DNA of 64,000 nt, taken from the NCBI GenBank assembly GCA_910587825.1, contig CAJUNJ010000006.1, positions 34,732 through 98,731 on the forward strand. Direction: 5' to 3'. Shown in pieces: positions 15,587-24,751 of the stretch. Source of the stretch: an uncultured Christensenellaceae bacterium. Its GTDB lineage: Bacteria; Bacillota; Clostridia; Christensenellales; Borkfalkiaceae. A program made the position numbers and the translations under genes. The notes below the pieces were generated by a model, which had not been told where the DNA came from, did not search any database, and worked only from the letters and a program-made list of their open reading frames with translations. Positions within the stretch are counted from its first letter, which is position 1. Each line of letters opens with the position of its first letter.

Positions 15587-16882
15587 ATGGAAGAGAATTT
15601 ATTTAACAAAATTTTAACCCGAGTTCACGCAGATGAAATTACCACTTCAAATTTCTATAAAGACGAAGAGTTTGAGAATTTTATTGAAATTCTTAACGAA
15701 GACATAGGAAAATTTAAAAATTATACTTATGACGGCAAAGCTCAAGACTTGATATTTAAGGGATTAAAAAAGTTTAGTCCCCTAGCTACTAAATATGGTC
15801 AATTTCTAAAGTATTTGGAAGTTGAATTCGATAAGTTAGTTGTACCTTGCATCATTTTAATACCTCTGAATTTTTTAAATGATAATGTTTTGAAATCTGA
15901 TTTATCTCTCACCGACAACATAAAACTATTTAAAACTGAGAAAGCAAATACAGTTCAAAAGCTAAAAATATCAAAGAAAAAGTCTGCTTTAGAAAAATAT
16001 GTTGAAACAACTATATATGCAAAATTACTGAAAGAACATATTTTACTTGCAAAAGATAAAAACTTTTTTAACTTTCCTATATTAGCGATTAATATTAACT
16101 GTATCAATTATCAGGCTGACAATGAATCTTCCATCATAACAGAAGCTACATATAGTTTTATCAGAATGTTAGATTATTCTTCGCCCCGAGATGGATATGG
16201 GTGGGGAATATTGGATCAAGATAAACTTCCGACTAGGTTGTATGGTGTTTATTATAACGAAGTTGGAACATCTCCAAAAGCTCCGTACAATAACGGATAT
16301 GGTTATTCAGGGCGTTTTAAGTTTTCGCCCTATTTGGATATTAACTCAACTGAATTTATTAAACAAATTGACCTTTTCCGTGATTTGCTTGTTAAATTTT
16401 GTAATAATTGTTTTTTAGATAAACGAAAGATAGACAAAAAGACAGTCTTAAAAATTGAAAAATGGCAAAAAGCAGTTCTTTTATATAATACCGCTTATGA
16501 GTTTGCATCAATAGAAAAATATGATGAATGCCTTTTACAGCAAATTATAATTTTAGAATTATTGTTTCTTGGAAATTCGGAACATAACAAGCGGGTTGCA
16601 TTATGCGATAAAATAACTCCTTTCATGGAGAATAATTACGGCGCAGATTCCGACGCCATAAAAGAAGTTATAGAAAATGCTTATAAAAAGAGAAACAAGT
16701 TTGTACACGAAGGGCAAAGCATTTGTTACAACTTTTCTACATTTAAGTCGTTAAACAGCCATCAAGGTCTTATACGAGGCATGAAGCCTTTTGCTTATGG
16801 TGGCGGAGATATCCCGATAGATAACATTAAACTTCTGAAAAATTTATTTGTTCTTATAGGCAAAATTATTACGAAGTATTGA
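15587..16882 (+). CDS. 431-aa protein with C-terminal HEPN-like domain (Rx4H), N-terminal region unassignable
   Basis: The C-terminal ~120 aa is predicted helical and contains IILELLFLG and AYKKRNKFVHEG (R-N-K-F-V-H = Rx4H, as in Apea-/DUF4145-type HEPN). No other motif was recognised. Confidence 0.5.
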   Translation: MEENLFNKILTRVHADEITTSNFYKDEEFENFIEILNEDIGKFKNYTYDGKAQDLIFKGLKKFSPLATKYGQFLKYLEVEFDKLVVPCIILIPLNFLNDNVLKSDLSLTDNIKLFKTEKANTVQKLKISKKKSALEKYVETTIYAKLLKEHILLAKDKNFFNFPILAININCINYQADNESSIITEATYSFIRMLDYSSPRDGYGWGILDQDKLPTRLYGVYYNEVGTSPKAPYNNGYGYSGRFKFSPYLDINSTEFIKQIDLFRDLLVKFCNNCFLDKRKIDKKTVLKIEKWQKAVLLYNTAYEFASIEKYDECLLQQIIILELLFLGNSEHNKRVALCDKITPFMENNYGADSDAIKEVIENAYKKRNKFVHEGQSICYNFSTFKSLNSHQGLIRGMKPFAYGGGDIPIDNIKLLKNLFVLIGKIITKY

Positions 16883-16914
16883 CATTACAGAAATAAAAAT
16901 TAGGAGAAATTATT

Positions 16915-18546
16915 ATGGCAAAGGATAAAGAAAAAACAGTATCTTTGGAAGATGTTCTGTGGGATTGCAGAGTCTCTTTGCGTGGCGTTGGCAGTCTTGA
17001 TAAAAACAGAGACGCTGTTATCAGTTTAGTATTCTTGAAATTTGCAGGAGATAAATTCAAAAAATGCCGTGAACAGATTATTAAAGAATATGGCGAGATT
17101 CCCGCTTTCGTGGAAAAGCCTTCGTTTTATAATGCTGAAAATGTATTCTATCTGAAAGAAACCGCTCGTTGGACGTATATAGTAGACCACGCAAGCCAAA
17201 ACGATATCGCCGTAATAATCGACCAAGCAATGGCTGATATCGAGAATGACAATCCCTCTCTTGCCGGTGCTTTATCAAAAAATTTATTCTCCACGCTCGG
17301 GGCAGATAAAAACAAAATTAAAAGTTTGATAGACAGTGTAAACCGTATTGACGAAAAGCGGTTTCACGAAGAAGATTTGATAGGCAGAGTTTACGAATAC
17401 TTTCTGCAAATTTATGCTGCGTCCGGAACGAAAGAAGACGGTGAATTTTATACTCCCGCTAGTATTGTAAAACTTATAGCCGAAATGATAGAACCTTATG
17501 ACGGCGTTGTTTATGACCCCTGTTGCGGAAGCGGCGGTATGTTTGTTCAGTCAATGAAGTTTGTAGACAAGCATAATGGAAACCGCGATAAAATATCGGT
17601 TATCGGACAGGAAAGCGTACAAGAAACTTGGCGTCTCTGCAAAATGAATCTCGCTATCCGCGGCATTGCGCATAACCTTGGTAAAACCAACGCTTCAACG
17701 TTTACTGACGACCAGCACAAAGATAAAAAAGTTGACTATATAATGGCAAACCCTCCGTTCAACCTTAAAAATTGGAGAACGGAAAACGAACTTATAAATG
17801 ACGCCCGTTGGAGCGGTTATTGTGAAACGGCACCTCGCGTCTCTAATGCTAACTATGCTTGGATTCTGCACATGATTTCCAAGCTTGATGTAAATCACGG
17901 AATTGCCGGCTTCTTACTTGCCAACGGTGCATTAGGCGATTCAGACGATGCTGAAATCCGCAAGAACATATTACTTAAAGATAAAGTTGAAGCGATAATT
18001 GTTTTACCCCGAGATATGTTCTATACAACTGATATATCCGTTACACTTTGGATTATCAACATGAATAAACGCGCAGGAACAGTAAACGGCAGGAAAGTTC
18101 GTGACAGAAGCCACGAAGTATTGTTTATGGATTTGCGCACTTGGGATAACAATATAGAAGAAATCACTATTGATAAAGGCAAGAAAAAGAAAAAAACCGT
18201 ACTTACTGACGGCCAGATTGCAAAAATAAAAGAAATATATACAAATTGGCAAAGCAAAGATAGAACGCTTTATCGGGATATACCAGAACTCTGTAAATCG
18301 GTAAAAGTAAACAACAGCGATTTAACAGACGAAGAGATTAAAAACAACGTTGTTACTATTGAAAAGCAGAACTATGCTCTTATGCCAAGCAAATATATCG
18401 AGTTTATCGACCACGACTTGGATATCGATTATCACACTGAAATGCAACGTATTCAAAAAGAAATGTCAGAAGTCATAAAGCAAGAACGAGAATCACAAAA
18501 ATTATTGTCTGCCGCTTTCAAGGGGATTGGCTATGGCATTGACTAA
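16915..18546 (+). CDS. hsdM: type I restriction-modification system, N6-adenine DNA methyltransferase subunit
   Basis: It has an HsdM N-terminal region, the AdoMet motif VYDPCCGSGGMF and the catalytic NPPFN. Confidence 0.95.
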   Translation: MAKDKEKTVSLEDVLWDCRVSLRGVGSLDKNRDAVISLVFLKFAGDKFKKCREQIIKEYGEIPAFVEKPSFYNAENVFYLKETARWTYIVDHASQNDIAVIIDQAMADIENDNPSLAGALSKNLFSTLGADKNKIKSLIDSVNRIDEKRFHEEDLIGRVYEYFLQIYAASGTKEDGEFYTPASIVKLIAEMIEPYDGVVYDPCCGSGGMFVQSMKFVDKHNGNRDKISVIGQESVQETWRLCKMNLAIRGIAHNLGKTNASTFTDDQHKDKKVDYIMANPPFNLKNWRTENELINDARWSGYCETAPRVSNANYAWILHMISKLDVNHGIAGFLLANGALGDSDDAEIRKNILLKDKVEAIIVLPRDMFYTTDISVTLWIINMNKRAGTVNGRKVRDRSHEVLFMDLRTWDNNIEEITIDKGKKKKKTVLTDGQIAKIKEIYTNWQSKDRTLYRDIPELCKSVKVNNSDLTDEEIKNNVVTIEKQNYALMPSKYIEFIDHDLDIDYHTEMQRIQKEMSEVIKQERESQKLLSAAFKGIGYGID

Positions 18547-19648
18547 ATATAAATTAGGGGAACTTATTGAACTTTCTGAAGAAAGAAATTTTCATAGGCA
18601 ATTTACATTGCATTCTGTAAGAGGTATAGCTACAAAAAAAGAATTTATTGAAACAAAAGCAGATATGGACGGTGTAAGTTTAAATAGTTATAAAATCGTT
18701 TATCCAAACTTTTTTGCTTATGTTCCTGACACATCTCGAAGAGGTGATAAGATTTCATTGTCTATAAATAAATCCAATAATGTTTATTTAGTATCGTCTA
18801 TATCGACTGTATTTAAAATAAGTAACCACCATATTTTACTCCCAGATTATTTATTTATGTACTTCAATCGTCCTGAATTTGATAGATACTCTCGCTTTAA
18901 TTCTTGGGGGTCGGCAAGAGAAACTTTTTCATGGGAAGAAATGTGCGATATTGATATTGTCCTACCTCCTATTGAAATTCAGAAAAAGTATGTTGATGTT
19001 TACAATTCAATGGTTGAAAATCAAACAGCATACGAAAAAGGTCTTGAAGATTTAAAACTTGTTTGCGACGGCTTTATAGAAGACTTACGCCGAAAAATGC
19101 TTTGTGAGAAGATTGGGCAATATTTGGAATACCACGATATAAGAAATTCAGACAATAAATGCACTAATGTAAAGGGTGTAACAGTATATAAGAATTTTAG
19201 AGAACCCACGTCAAAAGTAAATAGAGATGAGTTGCGCGGATATAAAATTGTAAAGCCTTCTTGGATTACTTTTGTGCAAACAACTCACAACGAAAAAGTA
19301 TTTGCGTATGCCTTTAATAACACAAATGAAGATATAGTTGTATCTTCGGTAAACGAGGTGTTTTCCACAAACACAAAAAAACTTTTACCGCAATATTTGT
19401 GTATGTTTTTCAATAGAAAAGAATTTGACCGATATGCGCGATTTCATTCTTGGGGATCGGCGCGAGAGACTTTTACTTGGAATGATTTGATTGAAGTTGC
19501 TATTCCTATACCCGATATAGATATTCAGCAATCCATTGTTGATATTTATAATCAATACATAACACGAAAAGAAATCAACGAAAAACTAAAAACACAAATC
19601 AAAGACCTTTGTCCTATTCTAATCAAGGGTTCTTTGCAAGAAGCATAA
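18527..19648 (+). CDS. hsdS: type I R-M specificity subunit
   Basis: It overlaps hsdM by 20 nt. It has two target-recognition halves, each ending in a conserved repeat (RPEFDRYSRFNSWGSARETFSWEEM...IEIQKKYVDVYN and RKEFDRYARFHSWGSARETFTWNDL...IDIQQSIVDIYN). Confidence 0.9.
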   Translation: MAMALTKYKLGELIELSEERNFHRQFTLHSVRGIATKKEFIETKADMDGVSLNSYKIVYPNFFAYVPDTSRRGDKISLSINKSNNVYLVSSISTVFKISNHHILLPDYLFMYFNRPEFDRYSRFNSWGSARETFSWEEMCDIDIVLPPIEIQKKYVDVYNSMVENQTAYEKGLEDLKLVCDGFIEDLRRKMLCEKIGQYLEYHDIRNSDNKCTNVKGVTVYKNFREPTSKVNRDELRGYKIVKPSWITFVQTTHNEKVFAYAFNNTNEDIVVSSVNEVFSTNTKKLLPQYLCMFFNRKEFDRYARFHSWGSARETFTWNDLIEVAIPIPDIDIQQSIVDIYNQYITRKEINEKLKTQIKDLCPILIKGSLQEA

Positions 19649-19662
19649 GGAGATAAAATATT

Positions 19663-20430
19663 ATGGATTTTGAAAAATTAAATTTATTGATTGCCGAAGC
19701 CGATTGGTTAATAGACGAAGGTGTAACATCAGGTGATAGCAGATTTCAAGCATGGAAAATGAAAGTTTCACGATTTTTAATTAAGACCTTTGGTGAAAAA
19801 AGCCATGAATATGAGTATTTTCAACACACATCCTTTTCTTTAGGGGTATACACATTATCAACGCCAGATAGTGCTTTTGTAGAGGCTTGTACTAATGGAT
19901 TACGTATTACAAGAGATGTGTTGTCTACTTATCTCGACGAAATGGAAGAAGAACTGCCAAAAAGAAATATCAAAGCTAAGGTAAGCACTAATTTCTCAAA
20001 AGTTTTTATTGTGCATGGACACGATGGAGAATTAAAAGAAGCAGTTGCACGCTTAATTGAGCAACAAAGTATCGAAACGATTATATTATCTAATAAAACA
20101 AATGAAGGCAAAACAATTATAGAAAAAATCGAACATTACAGTGATGTGAGTGCGGCTATATGTTTATTTACCGCAGATGATAAAGGGAAAGCCAAATCGG
20201 AAAAATCATTGAGTGACCGAGCAAGACAAAATGTGGTATTCGAAGCGGGATATTTTATGGGGAAACTTGGTCGAAATCGTATGGTTATTGTGGCTGAAAG
20301 TAATGTCGAACTTCCTTCCGATATGAGCGGAATGGTTTACACTAATAAATCCGATTGGAAAGTCGAAGTATTAAAGGAATTGAAATCGATGGGTTTTGCT
20401 ATCGATTTCAATAAACTTTTTGAGGAATAA
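19663..20430 (+). CDS. TIR-like domain protein (Cap12 / Pycsar-effector type), with ~110-aa unassigned N-terminal domain
   Basis: KVFIVHGHDGELKEAVARLIE...TIIEKIEHYSDVSAAICLFTADD...RARQNVVFEAGYFMGKLGRNRMVIV...ELPSDMSGMVY matches the prokaryotic TIR-like family pattern (VFIVHGhD ... ARqNVifElGyF ... PSDl.G). It includes the conserved Glu. Confidence 0.7.
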   Translation: MDFEKLNLLIAEADWLIDEGVTSGDSRFQAWKMKVSRFLIKTFGEKSHEYEYFQHTSFSLGVYTLSTPDSAFVEACTNGLRITRDVLSTYLDEMEEELPKRNIKAKVSTNFSKVFIVHGHDGELKEAVARLIEQQSIETIILSNKTNEGKTIIEKIEHYSDVSAAICLFTADDKGKAKSEKSLSDRARQNVVFEAGYFMGKLGRNRMVIVAESNVELPSDMSGMVYTNKSDWKVEVLKELKSMGFAIDFNKLFEE

Positions 20431-20433
20431 CAT

Positions 20434-23400
20434 ATGACCTACCATTTTACCAAAGGACAATTTAATGAATCTGAGCTTGAAAGTGCAATAATAGAATTGT
20501 TCAAAAATCAAGAATATGATTATATTCACGGAGATAGTATTCACCGTAAATATGAGGACGTATTACTTGAAGATGATTTGCGTGCTTATTTGTCTGAACG
20601 CTATGCGAAAGAAAGCCTTACCGAAAGTGAAGTGCAAATGATTATCAATCGCATAAAGCTTATTCCTTCAACTCCTCTTTATGCGGGAAACCGCGAAACG
20701 TTTTGGCTTATCAACGAAGGTTTTGACCTTGTAAGGGATGACCCTGATAAAATTGCTTTACATGTCGACTTTATTAATTTTGATTCTCCTAAGCAAAACA
20801 AATTCAAGGTTGTAAACCAATACTACGTTAAGGGCGAGCATTTACGTTGTCCCGATATGCTAGTGTTTATCAACGGTATACCTATGGCAATTTGGGAATT
20901 CAAATCTGCTATAAAAGAAGATACTACTATTTACGACGCATGGAAACAAATTAATATAAGGTACAACCGCGATATTTCTAAACTGACTAAATACTGCTTT
21001 CTTTCCGTTATTTCTGACGGTGCGAATACAAGGCTTGGAACTATCTTTACTCCTTATAAATTTTATTTTTCTTGGAATAAAGCAAACGAACAAGATACAG
21101 TTTCAAACGGTATAAGCTCACTTTTTACTATGGTAGAAGGCGTATTCGCAAAAGAACGCATTATTTCTATCCTGCGTGATTTTGTTTTCTACCCCGATAA
21201 TAGCGACAAGGAAGAAGCTATCATTTGCCGTTATCCGCAATATTTTGCTGCAAATAAAATGCTACAAAGTTTAAAGAATCACAAAAAGCCGTCCGGAGAC
21301 GGCAAGGGTGGAATTTATTTCGGGGCTACCGGATGCGGGAAAACATATACTATGTTGTTCTTGTGCAGAATGTTAGCACACAGAGACAGCGCAGCTTTTG
21401 GCAATCCCACTTCACTTATCTTGGTTGACCGCGAAGACTTAGATAATCAAACATCGGAGTTGTTTGAAAGAGCAAAAAGATTTTTAAGCGATAAAAATGT
21501 TCGCAGCATTGAAACCAGAAAGGATCTGCATGATACGTTAATTGTTAATCAAAGCGGCGGCGTCTATATAACTACTATTCAGAAATTCTGTGAAGATACA
21601 GGTCTTTTATCGGAGAGAAATAATATTTTCTGCATTTCCGATGAGGCGCACCGTACACAATTGAGTGTTGGCAATAAACTTAAAAAGACTGAAAAAGGTC
21701 TAGTAAATACATACGGATTTGCACAATATCTGCGTTGGAGTTTTCCTAACGCTACCTATTGCGGATTTACAGGTACGCCTATTGACGAGGCTATTGCGGT
21801 ATTTGGAGATATTGTTGATAGCTACACTATGAAAGAAGCCAGTGATGACGGTATAACTGTCCGCATTTCCTATGAACCCCGTCTCGCGCGGGTTATTCTA
21901 TCAGAGGAACAGGCGAAAGAGATTCAAATGTATTACGATAAATGTGCTGAAGAAGGTTCAACGCCCGAACAGATTGAAGAAAGTCAAAAGGCTATGTCCA
22001 AAATTTCTGCTATCCTAGGACATCCCGATGTATTAAAACGGTTGGCAAAAGATATTGTAGAGCATTACGAGAATCTTTGTAATGAAAAACCTAATATAGT
22101 TCAAAAAGCAATGATTGTTTGTGCCGATAGAATTCTGGCATATAAATTATTGCAAGAGATTTTGAAAATCAGAAATGATTGGGGTAAAGCAAGGAAAGCT
22201 GAAGACGAAAGCAAGCTTACAAAAGAGCAATTGGACAAGCTTAAGGCATTGCCTAAAATTAACCTTGTTGCAACGCAAGGCAAAGATGATGAGAAAAAGC
22301 TTTACGACCTTTGCGGTTCTAAGGCTTATCGGCAAATGCTTGATAAACAATTCAAAGATGACAATTCCAATTTCAAAATCGCTGTTGTTGTCGATATGTG
22401 GATTACAGGCTTTGATGTCCCTTCGCTTTCTGTTATGTACATAAATAAACCTTTACAGAAACACACGCTTATCCAAACTATTTCAAGAGTCAATAGGGTT
22501 TTTGAAGGCAAAGAAAGAGGACTTGTAGTTGATTATATTGGCATTAAAAACGATATGTTGAAAGCCGTTAAAAAATACGGAAGCCCGCAGGAAAGTCCTA
22601 TTGACGAAATTAATATTTCATTAGGAATATTCCGAAATCATCTGTCAATGTTGGATGATTTGATGATAGGTTTCAATGCAACCCGCTATTATACTGGTAA
22701 TTCTCTTGAGCGCTTATATTGCTTAAATGATGCAGCCGAATATGTACAGCTAAATAAGGAAATGCAAACGAGATTTATGGGGCTTTCAAAACGTTTGAAA
22801 GGGGCTTATCAGATTGTATTCCCTACAGGAGAACTAACTCAAATCGAAATATCCAAGGCACAATTTTATCTTGCTATTCGTTCAATTATTTACAAGCAAA
22901 CTATCGGCGATGCGCCTGACGCAGAAGTAATGAATAGCATTGTAGAGGAAATGGTAAAACAAGCAATAACATGTACTGGCGTTGAAAATATAATTGACGA
23001 GAATAAATCTGTCGACTTATTCAGTGAAGAATTTTTAAAAGAGCTGGATGCAGTTAAAATGCCTATTACAAAGTTCAACGCATTAATTAAGTTATTGCGA
23101 AAAGCTATTGTTAGTTATGGCAAAGTCAACAAAGTTAAATCGTTAGAATTTGACGAACGCTTAAAGCGCGTTGTTGATGCTTACAACAACAGAGATAAAC
23201 TTACATTCGCAAGTGAAGTTGTTGCCGATTTTATGGACGATTTGTGTAATCAGCTAATTGATATCTTCAATGACTTGAAAGAAGACAAAACATCTTTTGA
23301 AAAGTTAGGAATTACATTCGAAGAAAAAGTGTTCTACGATATTCTGGTAAAAGTACGCGATACTCACGGTTTTGAATACGAGGATAAAAAATGCGTGTCG

Positions 23401-23601
23401 CTTGCAAAAGAAATCAAAAAGATTGTTGAAGACAAAACACAATATGTCGATTGGTCTACTCGCTCTGATATAAGAAACAAATTAAATAAGGAGTTGACTA
23501 TACTTTTGTATAAAAACGGTTATCCTCCCGAATGGGACGAAGAAGTTTTTGAAAAAGTAATGGAACAAGCTGAGAATTTCAAACGGTACAATGGAGATTA
23601 A
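20434..23601 (+). CDS. hsdR: type I R-M restriction (helicase-nuclease) subunit
   Basis: The 1055-aa protein has an HsdR N-terminal nuclease region, Walker A GATGCGKT, the DEAH box SDEAHRTQ, helicase C-terminal motifs and a type I-specific C-terminal helical domain. Confidence 0.95.
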   Translation: MTYHFTKGQFNESELESAIIELFKNQEYDYIHGDSIHRKYEDVLLEDDLRAYLSERYAKESLTESEVQMIINRIKLIPSTPLYAGNRETFWLINEGFDLVRDDPDKIALHVDFINFDSPKQNKFKVVNQYYVKGEHLRCPDMLVFINGIPMAIWEFKSAIKEDTTIYDAWKQINIRYNRDISKLTKYCFLSVISDGANTRLGTIFTPYKFYFSWNKANEQDTVSNGISSLFTMVEGVFAKERIISILRDFVFYPDNSDKEEAIICRYPQYFAANKMLQSLKNHKKPSGDGKGGIYFGATGCGKTYTMLFLCRMLAHRDSAAFGNPTSLILVDREDLDNQTSELFERAKRFLSDKNVRSIETRKDLHDTLIVNQSGGVYITTIQKFCEDTGLLSERNNIFCISDEAHRTQLSVGNKLKKTEKGLVNTYGFAQYLRWSFPNATYCGFTGTPIDEAIAVFGDIVDSYTMKEASDDGITVRISYEPRLARVILSEEQAKEIQMYYDKCAEEGSTPEQIEESQKAMSKISAILGHPDVLKRLAKDIVEHYENLCNEKPNIVQKAMIVCADRILAYKLLQEILKIRNDWGKARKAEDESKLTKEQLDKLKALPKINLVATQGKDDEKKLYDLCGSKAYRQMLDKQFKDDNSNFKIAVVVDMWITGFDVPSLSVMYINKPLQKHTLIQTISRVNRVFEGKERGLVVDYIGIKNDMLKAVKKYGSPQESPIDEINISLGIFRNHLSMLDDLMIGFNATRYYTGNSLERLYCLNDAAEYVQLNKEMQTRFMGLSKRLKGAYQIVFPTGELTQIEISKAQFYLAIRSIIYKQTIGDAPDAEVMNSIVEEMVKQAITCTGVENIIDENKSVDLFSEEFLKELDAVKMPITKFNALIKLLRKAIVSYGKVNKVKSLEFDERLKRVVDAYNNRDKLTFASEVVADFMDDLCNQLIDIFNDLKEDKTSFEKLGITFEEKVFYDILVKVRDTHGFEYEDKKCVSLAKEIKKIVEDKTQYVDWSTRSDIRNKLNKELTILLYKNGYPPEWDEEVFEKVMEQAENFKRYNGD

Positions 23602-23629
23602 AGATTAATTAATCTTATTTCGATAATTT

Positions 23630-24685
23630 ATGAAACAAAAGAAACTACGGACGGATATACTTTTTCTAATAATTTTTATTATTTGGACAATTATTGCTGC
23701 AACTCTATTTTTTGCCGTTGCAAAAAATGAAAATGCAGATACAGCAATTATCCTTAAAATATTGAAAATCTTAATCGGTATTTTTTATATGCCAGTACCG
23801 TTCTTGCCTTTTGTGTTAATTTATTTACATAAACGCAGTAAAGCAACTGGTGATGGGAAGCCTTTGAGTGTTGAGGCAATGCGTGAAAGTAAAAAACATA
23901 TACCAGAAAAAATTTATAAGTTCTGTTCTTTGACTTCCAAAGGTGAAAATGAAAAGTTAAATAAGAGTAAATTAAAAACTCTTGCAAGCAATGAAATTTG
24001 GCTATCAAGGTGTTCTGATTTGAACGACCCATTTGAAGGAATTAAATTCATTTTACCTGAAAGTAATTTCTCGCAAAACGGGCTACCAGAAGAAATCAAA
24101 AATAGATATAATGTTAAAAATACGGGTGAATTAATCGATTTTTTAAGCAGTTTTAGAGATAAATACTGTCAAACATCCTTTTCTTCTTCGTATAATGATG
24201 TCCAAATGTGGGGTTACTATGCTAATGGGTGTAGAGGTTACTGTGTAGAATATAAAGTATTGGAAAAAGAAATGCTATTTCCAGTATTTTATGTTAATAA
24301 ACGCATAATCCTATCTGGATTATTTAAAAGTGCACGGTATAAGCGGCAATGCTTGAAAAATTTAAAGCAATTGCATAAAAGTCTACGTAGTGTTCCAACA
24401 AAGGAATATGTTCAATATAACTTATATTTGCAATCATTTAAGTACGCCAAATGGCAGTTCGAAAAGGAGATTAGAGCAATTGACATAACAGCACCATATT
24501 ATAAAGGCGGTAATCAGTCTGCAACTAATTTTGGATTACAGCCAACAAAAATTATTGCTGGATACTTGTCGGAGTATATTGAGGAACTAAAACAAATAGC
24601 AATTCAAACAAATATATCATTTTCTATTATGAAACCTAATTTTGAAACAAATAAGTTTGAACTTAAAGAACAAAAGATTTTATAA
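23630..24685 (+). CDS. DUF2971-family protein with two N-terminal transmembrane helices
   Basis: IYKFCSL...IWLSRCSDLNDPFEG and MWGYYANGCRGYCVEY match the DUF2971 signature (YkY.s...fs....fNDPfE ... mWshYa....G.c). The N-terminal TMs are LFLIIFIIWTIIAATLFFAVA and ILIGIFYMPVPFLPFVLIYL. Confidence 0.7.
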   Translation: MKQKKLRTDILFLIIFIIWTIIAATLFFAVAKNENADTAIILKILKILIGIFYMPVPFLPFVLIYLHKRSKATGDGKPLSVEAMRESKKHIPEKIYKFCSLTSKGENEKLNKSKLKTLASNEIWLSRCSDLNDPFEGIKFILPESNFSQNGLPEEIKNRYNVKNTGELIDFLSSFRDKYCQTSFSSSYNDVQMWGYYANGCRGYCVEYKVLEKEMLFPVFYVNKRIILSGLFKSARYKRQCLKNLKQLHKSLRSVPTKEYVQYNLYLQSFKYAKWQFEKEIRAIDITAPYYKGGNQSATNFGLQPTKIIAGYLSEYIEELKQIAIQTNISFSIMKPNFETNKFELKEQKIL

Positions 24686-24699
24686 GCAAATACAATGTG

Positions 24700-24733
24700 A
24701 AACAAAATCGGGGCGAAAGCCACGATTTTGTTT
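24700..24733 (+). terminator. hairpin terminating the R-M operon
   Basis: AAACAAAATCG-gggcgaaagcca-CGATTTTGTTT. Confidence 0.6.
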
Positions 24734-24751
24734 CCTGAAAATTATACATTT

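Noticed and set aside
18181-18200. An A-rich run (AAGAAAAAGAAAAAAACC) in hsdM as a possible phase-variation tract.
   Set aside because: The longest homopolymer is only 7 nt, it encodes a plausible Lys-rich loop (GKKKKKT), and no inverted hsdS copies or recombinase-linked shufflon are present.
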